A stretch of DNA of 64,000 nt. Source: Schizochytrium sp. TIO01 (Eukaryota; Protista; Bigyra: Labyrinthulomycetes). Shown here in pieces: positions 58,701-64,000 of the stretch. The notes beneath the pieces are model-generated. The model made no database searches. It saw nothing but the letters and a program-made list of their open reading frames with translations, and was not told where the DNA came from. Numbering within the stretch: position 1 is the first letter of the stretch; every line of letters begins with the position of its first letter. Location of the stretch: contig SMSO01000032.1 of NCBI GenBank assembly GCA_004764695.1, positions 7,472,483 to 7,536,482 of the forward strand, given 5' to 3'. Made by a program: the position numbers and the translations under genes.

Positions 58701-61700
58701 TAACGTCACTTTTGACGAGCTTGTGACTGCTTACTTTGAGCAGGTTGTCGGTCTGATGGATGGTGGTGCCGATATTTTGATGGTTGAGACAATTTTTGAT
58801 ACCCTCAATGCCAAAGCCGCTTTGTTTGCTATCACAGAGTATCTCGAGATGACTGGTCTTGATGTGCCTGTTTTCGTTTCTGGTACATTGGTTGACCAGT
58901 CTGGTCGTACACTGTCAGGCCAGACCGGTGAGGCATTCTACGCTTCCATTCGTCATGCCAGGCCCATGTGTGTTGGTCTCAACTGTGCTCTGGGTGCTCA
59001 GCAAATGGAGCCTTTCTTGGTTCGCCTTAGCGAGGTTGTTGAGTGTTTCGTGCATGTTTATGCCAACGCTGGTTTGCCAAACGCCATGGGAGGCTATGAT
59101 GATACCCCTCACGACATGGCCTGCTACAACACACCGTTCTTTACCAAGAACCTTGTGAACATGGTAGGTGGTTGCTGTGGTAGCACCCCGGGTCACATTG
59201 CTGCTTTGGGCGAGACAATCAAGGCGCAGGGATTCAAGCCACGTCCTCTTCCTGACCTTGGTCTTCCGAAGATGTGGCTCTCCGGTCTTGAGGACTTGAT
59301 TGTTGATGATGTGCATAACCAACACGGAATGCCTTTCTTGAACGTTGGCGAACGCTGTAACATTGCTGGCTCCCGCAAATTCAAGCGTTTGATCATGGAA
59401 GGCAACTACGGTGAGTGCATGGATATTGCCAAACAGCAGGTTGCTGATGGTGCACACGTAATCGACATCAATGTCGATGATGGTATGCTGGATGGTCTTG
59501 AGGCTATGCAAAAGTTTGTCAAGATCGCTATCACCGAACCCGAGGTCTCCAAGGTTCCCTTCATGCTCGATGCATCAAACTTTGATATCGTTCTTGCTGG
59601 TCTCAAGTGGTGCCAGGGCAAGCCTATTGTGAACAGTATCTCTCTCAAGGTCGGTGAGGAGAAGTTCAAGAAGCAAGCCACTTTGTTGCGCAAGCATGGT
59701 GCTGCTATTGTTGTGATGGCATTCGACGAGGAAGGTCAGGCAGCTACAGAGGATGAGAAGGTTCGAATCTGCAAGCGTTCGTACGACATTCTTGTGAATG
59801 AGATTCGCTTCCCGCCTGAAGATATCATCTTTGATCCCAATGTCCTGACTATTGGTACCGGAATGGAGGAGCACAACTCGTATGGTGTTGACTTTATCAA
59901 CGCAGTGCGTCGTATTAAGGAGTCATGTCCGTTTGCAAAGATCAGTGGTGGTATTTCTAACTTGAGTTTCGGATTCCGTGGTGTACAGAAGATTCGTGAG
60001 TCCATTCACGCTATTTTTCTTGAGCATGCAATTTTGGAGTCTGGTATGGATATGGGCATTGTCAACGCTGGTGAGCTCTTGTGTGCAGACGATGTAGAGC
60101 CAGACTTGCGTGAGCTTTGCGAGGATCTCGTTCTCAACAAAATTCCTGAAGCCACTGAGCATATGCTTGAAGCGACAGCATATGAACGCAGCGTAATTGA
60201 TGCTCGCAAGAAGGGCCTTCCTGCTCCGAAGAAGCCCCGTATCAAGGTGACGAAAAAGCCTCATGTGAAGTTTTCATGGAATTCTGGTGAGGCTGCGAAG
60301 CCGAAGCCCCAAACGACTGGACCTCCTCGCCCTCCCAGTAAGGCAGCCCGCGCTTCAACACCGAACCCGTACGATTACGAGGCATTCAACGACATTGAAG
60401 AAATTGCGTCTCTTCGTAAGAATGCTGACAAACTCAACTGGGCCCAGCCAGCAGACACGTACTCTTCCAGCTATCCTTCGTTTGTCCGTGCTCGGGACAG
60501 CCTGCGCGAGTACATTACCAAGCTCTTTACTGATGAAGTTGCACTCTATGATGGTGCCATGGGTACCATGATCCAGAACTACGCCAAAGATAACACTCTT
60601 GAGGAAGCCGAGTTCCGTGGTGATCGCTTCAAAGACTGGTCTTGCTCAGTCAAGGGCAACAATGATATGCTCTCGATCACTCAGCCCAAGGTCATCAAGG
60701 ACATCCACAAGGCATACCTTGAGTCTGGCTCCCGCCTCATTGGTACCAACACTTTCTCGTCTACCACGATTGCCCAAGCTGATTACGAAATGGAAGACTT
60801 TGCGTACGAGCTGAACTACATCAGTGCTCGCCTTGCTCGTGAGGCTTGTGATGAGGTGACCGCCGCTGACCCGACCAAGCCCCGCTTTGTTGTTGGTGCT
60901 ATTGGCCCTACCAACCGTACTGGTTCGATCTCTCCGGATGTGGAGGACCCGAGTGTCCGTAACGTCACTTTTGACGAGCTTGTGACTGCTTACTTTGAGC
61001 AGGTTGTCGGTCTGATGGATGGTGGTGCCGATATTTTGATGGTTGAGACAATCTTTGATACCCTCAACGCCAAGGCCGCTTTGTTTGCTATCACAGAGTA
61101 TCTCGAGATGACTGGTCTTGATGTGCCTGTTTTCGTTTCTGGTACATTGGTTGACCAGTCTGGTCGTACACTGTCAGGTCAGACCGGTGAGGCATTCTAC
61201 GCTTCCATTCGTCATGCCAGGCCCATGTGTGTTGGTCTCAACTGTGCTCTGGGTGCTCAGCAAATGGAGCCTTTCTTGGTTCGCCTTAGCGAGGTTGTTG
61301 AGTGTTTCGTGCATGTTTATGCCAACGCTGGTTTGCCAAACGCCATGGGAGGCTATGATGATACCCCTCACGACATGGCCTGCTACAACACACCGTTCTT
61401 TACCAAGAACCTTGTGAATATGGTAGGTGGTTGCTGTGGTAGCACCCCGGGTCACATTGCTGCTTTGGGCGAGACAATCAAGGCGCAGGGATTCAAGCCA
61501 CGTCCTCTTCCTGACCTTGGTCTTCCGAAGATGTGGCTCTCCGGTCTTGAGGACTTGATTGTTGATGATGTGCACAACCAGCTTGGAATGCCTTTCTTGA
61601 ACGTTGGCGAACGCTGTAACATTGCTGGCTCCCGCAAATTCAAGCGTTTGATTATGGAAGGCAAATATGGCGAGTGCATGGATATTGCCAAACAGCAGGT

Positions 61701-64000
61701 TGTAGACGGTGCACACGTAATCGACATCAATGTCGATGATGGTATGCTGGATGGTCTTGAGGCTATGCAAAAGTTTGTCAAGATCGCTATCACCGAACCC
61801 GAGGTCTCCAAGGTTCCCTTCATGCTCGATGCATCAAACTTTGATATCGTTCTTGCTGGTCTCAAGTGGTGCCAGGGCAAGCCTATTGTGAACAGTATCT
61901 CTCTCAAGGTCGGTGAGGAGAAGTTCAAGAAGCAGGCCACTTTGTTGCGCAAGCATGGTGCTGCTATTGTTGTGATGGCATTCGACGAGGAAGGTCAGGC
62001 AGCTACAGAGGATGAGAAGGTTCGAATCTGCAAGCGTTCGTACGACATTCTTGTGAATGAGATTTGCTTCCCGCCTGAAGATATCATCTTTGATCCCAAT
62101 GTCCTGACTATTGGTACCGGAATGGAGGAGCACAACTCGTATGGTGTTGACTTTATCAACGCAGTGCGTCGTATTAAGGAGTCATGTCCGTTTGCAAAGA
62201 TCAGTGGTGGTATTTCTAACTTGAGTTTCGGATTCCGTGGTGTACAGAAGATTCGTGAGTCCATTCACGCTATTTTTCTTGAGCATGCAATTTTGGAGTC
62301 TGGTATGGATATGGGCATTGTCAATGCGGGAGAACTTCTTGGCGCAGATGAGGTTGAACCTGAATTACGGAAGTATTGTGAAGACCTTGTGCTTAACAAG
62401 AATCCTCAAGCCACCGAGCGGATGCTTGAGGCTACTCAACGTGAGCGTGAACGTCTGAAGCGTTTGAAGGAGGGTGGCGGAGAAGCTGCTGCTGCAGCCA
62501 AGCCTACCGATTGGCGCTCAAAGCCTGTTAACGAGCGTCTCTCTCATGCACTGGTAAATGGTATTACAAAGTTCATTGAGAAGGATGCTGAGGAGGCTCG
62601 GCTCGCATCATCAAAACCTTTGGATGTTATCGAAGGTCCTTTGATGGACGGTATGGGCATTGTTGGTGATCTTTTTGGCGCTGGCAAGATGTTCTTGCCT
62701 CAGGTGATTAAGTCTGCTCGTGTCATGAAGAAGGCTGTTGCCTACTTGGAACCTTTCATTGAAGAAGAAAAGGAGGCAAACCTCCGTGCTCTTGGTATTA
62801 ACCCTGAGGACGCAGATCCTGATGAGGTTGCCCAAGGTACCTTCTTGATTGCCACGGTTGCTGGTGATGTTCATGATATCGGTAAAAACATTACAGCAGT
62901 TATTCTTGGTTGTAATGCCGTGAAGGTGATTGATCTTGGTGTCATGGTACCTTGCGAGGACATTATTAAGGCTGCAATTGAGAATAAGGTGGATTGTGTT
63001 GGTCTATCTGGTCTGATCACACCCAGCCTTGACGAGATGGTTAAGGTTGCAAAGGAAATGAAGAAGGCTGGCCTTAATGTGCCCCTTCTCATTGGTGGTG
63101 CAACTACAAGCAAACGCCACACCGCGATTAAGATTGCTCCTCACTACGCAACTCCCGAGCACCCTGTGATGCATGTACTTGATGCCAGTCGTGCTGTCAC
63201 TGTTGTGCAGTCTCTTCTTTCCGAAGAAGATAAGCCTGACTTCGTTGAGGAGGTCCAGGAGGAATATGAAGAGATTGTCGAAGACTACTATGCTGGTCTA
63301 GAGGAGCGCAAGTTCTACCCCTTGCCGGTGGCTCAAGAAAAGCGTCTCAACATTGACTTTGAAGCTATTCCTCCTGCACCGAAGCCACATGTGGCTCTTG
63401 GGGCGCAGAAGGCACCAGATTGCCCGATCGAGGATGTAGTACCGTACATCGACTGGGGTCCGTTCTTTCACACCTTTGAGCTGCGTGGCAGGTATCCTAA
63501 CCGCGGCTACCCGAAGATCTTCAATGATGCCAATGTTGGTGCTGAAGCCAAGAAGCTCTTTGATGAGGGACAGGAGATGCTGAAGAAAATTATGGCTGAC
63601 AAGAGTTTGTGGCTCGAAGGCACATATGGTATCTTTGCTGCCAACCGTAGTGCAGACGGCGAGGATGTTGTCATCTATGAAGATGAGAGCCGCAGCACCG
63701 AACGTGGTAAGCTCTGCATGCTCCGTCAACAGGCACAGAGCGAGTCTGCAAACATGTTTAGCCAAGCTGATTTTATTGCCCCTTCGGGCTTCCGAGATTA
63801 CATTGGTGGCATGGCCGTTGCTTGTCATGGTGTTGATGAGCTTGCTGGCAAATATAAGGCTGACAACGATGATTTCACCAGTATTCTTGTACAAGCTATT
63901 GGTGACCGTCTGGTCGAAGCTTACGCTGAGAAGCTGCATCGCGACATCCGTGTGGAGCTGTGGGGTTACGCCAAGTCTGAATCTCTTAAACACGAAGACT
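55714..64000 (+). CDS. metH: Cobalamin-dependent methionine synthase with three tandem Hcy-binding + CH3-folate-binding modules; 3' end beyond the window (at least 2762 aa)
   Basis: Start at ATG 55714 (atcATGG). The frame was read through both unit junctions without a stop. Each unit has [76 protein letters not shown] and [13 protein letters not shown]. These are followed by a single cap ([34 protein letters not shown]), the B12 motif GDVHDIGKN (His codon at 62872), [16 protein letters not shown], and the AdoMet domain ([24 protein letters not shown]). Confidence 0.95.
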   Translation, partial: MASDNVEKKPHVKFSWNSGDAAKPKPQTNGPPRPPSEAARNSTPNPYDYEAFNNIEEIASLRKNADKLNWAQPADLYPQNFPAFVRARDSLREYITKLFTDEIALYDGAMGTMIQNYAKDNTLEEAEFRGDRFKDWSCSVKGNNDMLSITQPKVIKDIHKAYLESGSRLIGTNTFSSTTIAQADYEMEDFAYELNYISARLAREACDEVTAADPTKPRFVVGAIGPTNRTGSISPDVEDPSVRNVTFDELVTAYFEQVVGLMDGGADILMVETIFDTLNAKAALFAITEYLEMTGLDVPVFVSGTLVDQSGRTLSGQTGEAFYASIRHARPMCVGLNCALGAQQMEPFLVRLSEVVECFVHVYANAGLPNAMGGYDDTPHDMACYNTPFFTKNLVNMVGGCCGSTPGHIAALGETIKAQGFKPRPLPDLGLPKMWLSGLEDLIVDDVHNQHGMPFLNVGERCNIAGSRKFKRLIMEGNYGECMDIAKQQVADGAHVIDINVDDGMLDGLEAMQKFVKIAITEPEVSKVPFMLDASNFDIVLAGLKWCQGKPIVNSISLKVGEEKFKKQATLLRKHGAAIVVMAFDEEGQAATEDEKVRICKRSYDILVNEIRFPPEDIIFDPNVLTIGTGMEEHNSYGVDFINAVRRIKESCPFAKISGGISNLSFGFRGVQKIRESIHAIFLEHAILESGMDMGIVNAGELLCADDVEPDLRELCEDLVLNKIPEATEHMLEATAYERSVIDARKKGLPAPKKPRIKVTKKPHVKFSWNSGDATKPKPQTTGPPRPVSDAARNSTPNPYDYEAFNNIEEIASLRKNADKLNWAQSADTYSSSYPSFVRARDSLREYITKLFTDEIALYDGAMGTMIQNYAKDNTLEEAEFRGDRFKDWSCSVKGNNDMLSITQPKVIKDIHKAYLESGSRLIGTNTFSSTTIAQADYEMEDFAYELNYISARLAREACDEVTAADPTKPRFVVGAIGPTNRTGSISPDVEDPSVRNVTFDELVTAYFEQVVGLMDGGADILMVETIFDTLNAKAALFAITEYLEMTGLDVPVFVSGTLVDQSGRTLSGQTGEAFYASIRHARPMCVGLNCALGAQQMEPFLVRLSEVVECFVHVYANAGLPNAMGGYDDTPHDMACYNTPFFTKNLVNMVGGCCGSTPGHIAALGETIKAQGFKPRPLPDLGLPKMWLSGLEDLIVDDVHNQHGMPFLNVGERCNIAGSRKFKRLIMEGNYGECMDIAKQQVADGAHVIDINVDDGMLDGLEAMQKFVKIAITEPEVSKVPFMLDASNFDIVLAGLKWCQGKPIVNSISLKVGEEKFKKQATLLRKHGAAIVVMAFDEEGQAATEDEKVRICKRSYDILVNEIRFPPEDIIFDPNVLTIGTGMEEHNSYGVDFINAVRRIKESCPFAKISGGISNLSFGFRGVQKIRESIHAIFLEHAILESGMDMGIVNAGELLCADDVEPDLRELCEDLVLNKIPEATEHMLEATAYERSVIDARKKGLPAPKKPRIKVTKKPHVKFSWNSGEAAKPKPQTTGPPRPPSKAARASTPNPYDYEAFNDIEEIASLRKNADKLNWAQPADTYSSSYPSFVRARDSLREYITKLFTDEVALYDGAMGTMIQNYAKDNTLEEAEFRGDRFKDWSCSVKGNNDMLSITQPKVIKDIHKAYLESGSRLIGTNTFSSTTIAQADYEMEDFAYELNYISARLAREACDEVTAADPTKPRFVVGAIGPTNRTGSISPDVEDPSVRNVTFDELVTAYFEQVVGLMDGGADILMVETIFDTLNAKAALFAITEYLEMTGLDVPVFVSGTLVDQSGRTLSGQTGEAFYASIRHARPMCVGLNCALGAQQMEPFLVRLSEVVECFVHVYANAGLPNAMGGYDDTPHDMACYNTPFFTKNLVNMVGGCCGSTPGHIAALGETIKAQGFKPRPLPDLGLPKMWLSGLEDLIVDDVHNQLGMPFLNVGERCNIAGSRKFKRLIMEGKYGECMDIAKQQVVDGAHVIDINVDDGMLDGLEAMQKFVKIAITEPEVSKVPFMLDASNFDIVLAGLKWCQGKPIVNSISLKVGEEKFKKQATLLRKHGAAIVVMAFDEEGQAATEDEKVRICKRSYDILVNEICFPPEDIIFDPNVLTIGTGMEEHNSYGVDFINAVRRIKESCPFAKISGGISNLSFGFRGVQKIRESIHAIFLEHAILESGMDMGIVNAGELLGADEVEPELRKYCEDLVLNKNPQATERMLEATQRERERLKRLKEGGGEAAAAAKPTDWRSKPVNERLSHALVNGITKFIEKDAEEARLASSKPLDVIEGPLMDGMGIVGDLFGAGKMFLPQVIKSARVMKKAVAYLEPFIEEEKEANLRALGINPEDADPDEVAQGTFLIATVAGDVHDIGKNITAVILGCNAVKVIDLGVMVPCEDIIKAAIENKVDCVGLSGLITPSLDEMVKVAKEMKKAGLNVPLLIGGATTSKRHTAIKIAPHYATPEHPVMHVLDASRAVTVVQSLLSEEDKPDFVEEVQEEYEEIVEDYYAGLEERKFYPLPVAQEKRLNIDFEAIPPAPKPHVALGAQKAPDCPIEDVVPYIDWGPFFHTFELRGRYPNRGYPKIFNDANVGAEAKKLFDEGQEMLKKIMADKSLWLEGTYGIFAANRSADGEDVVIYEDESRSTERGKLCMLRQQAQSESANMFSQADFIAPSGFRDYIGGMAVACHGVDELAGKYKADNDDFTSILVQAIGDRLVEAYAEKLHRDIRVELWGYAKSESLKHED
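55734..57992 (+). repeat. metH internal repeat unit 1 (2259 bp, 753 codons)
   Basis: gaaaaagcctcatgtgaag recurs at 55734, 57993 and 60252, exactly 2259 bp apart. Confidence 0.95.
57993..60251 (+). repeat. metH internal repeat unit 2 (2259 bp)
   Basis: Core is near-identical to unit 1; N-terminal linker is distinct ([24 protein letters not shown]). Confidence 0.95.
60252..62460 (+). repeat. metH internal repeat unit 3 (near-identical to ~62324, then diverged)
   Basis: Same core as units 1 and 2. After ...ggcattgtcaa (62324) the sequence diverges: [34 protein letters not shown] versus [34 protein letters not shown]. Confidence 0.93.

Noticed and set aside
55714-62460. Three separate tandem metH genes, or a pure assembly artefact
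   Set aside because: There is no stop or intergenic sequence at the junctions and the frame is preserved. Each linker carries unique substitutions. An artefact is considered unlikely but is not excluded without reads.
55618-63993. Many 70-231-aa ORFs on the minus strand and alternate plus frames, recurring at 2259-bp intervals
   Set aside because: These are shadow ORFs of the metH frame; they recur only because the repeat unit recurs.
1-64000. CRISPR arrays, rRNA genes, intact transposase or reverse-transcriptase ORFs
   Set aside because: None seen; no regularly spaced short repeats and no recognisable catalytic motifs.

Overview
This is eukaryotic genomic DNA read with the standard code, with mostly intronless genes and one predicted GT-AG intron. 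Gene content and style suggest a stramenopile protist, probably a thraustochytrid or labyrinthulid (inference only). The left half (1-31 kb) is gene-poor: three paralogous class C (GABA-B-like) GPCR genes sit in long spacers holding a ~200-bp dispersed repeat and decayed gene fragments. The middle (31-49 kb) is gene-dense: a pepsin-family protease, a 2003-aa CCCH/UBM-like/RING-H2/TPR/J-like protein, an Erv41/46-thioredoxin (PDI-C) protein, a PH-like protein, an EF-hand membrane protein and a tandem-SH2 protein with a Cbl-like EF-SH2 module. The most striking feature is missing from the ORF track because it runs off the window. It is a single reading frame from 55714 to beyond 64000 (at least 2762 codons) encoding a cobalamin-dependent methionine synthase (MetH). 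Its homocysteine-binding plus methyl-folate-binding module is present three times in tandem (2259-bp / 753-aa period), ahead of only one cap, B12-binding and AdoMet-reactivation module.
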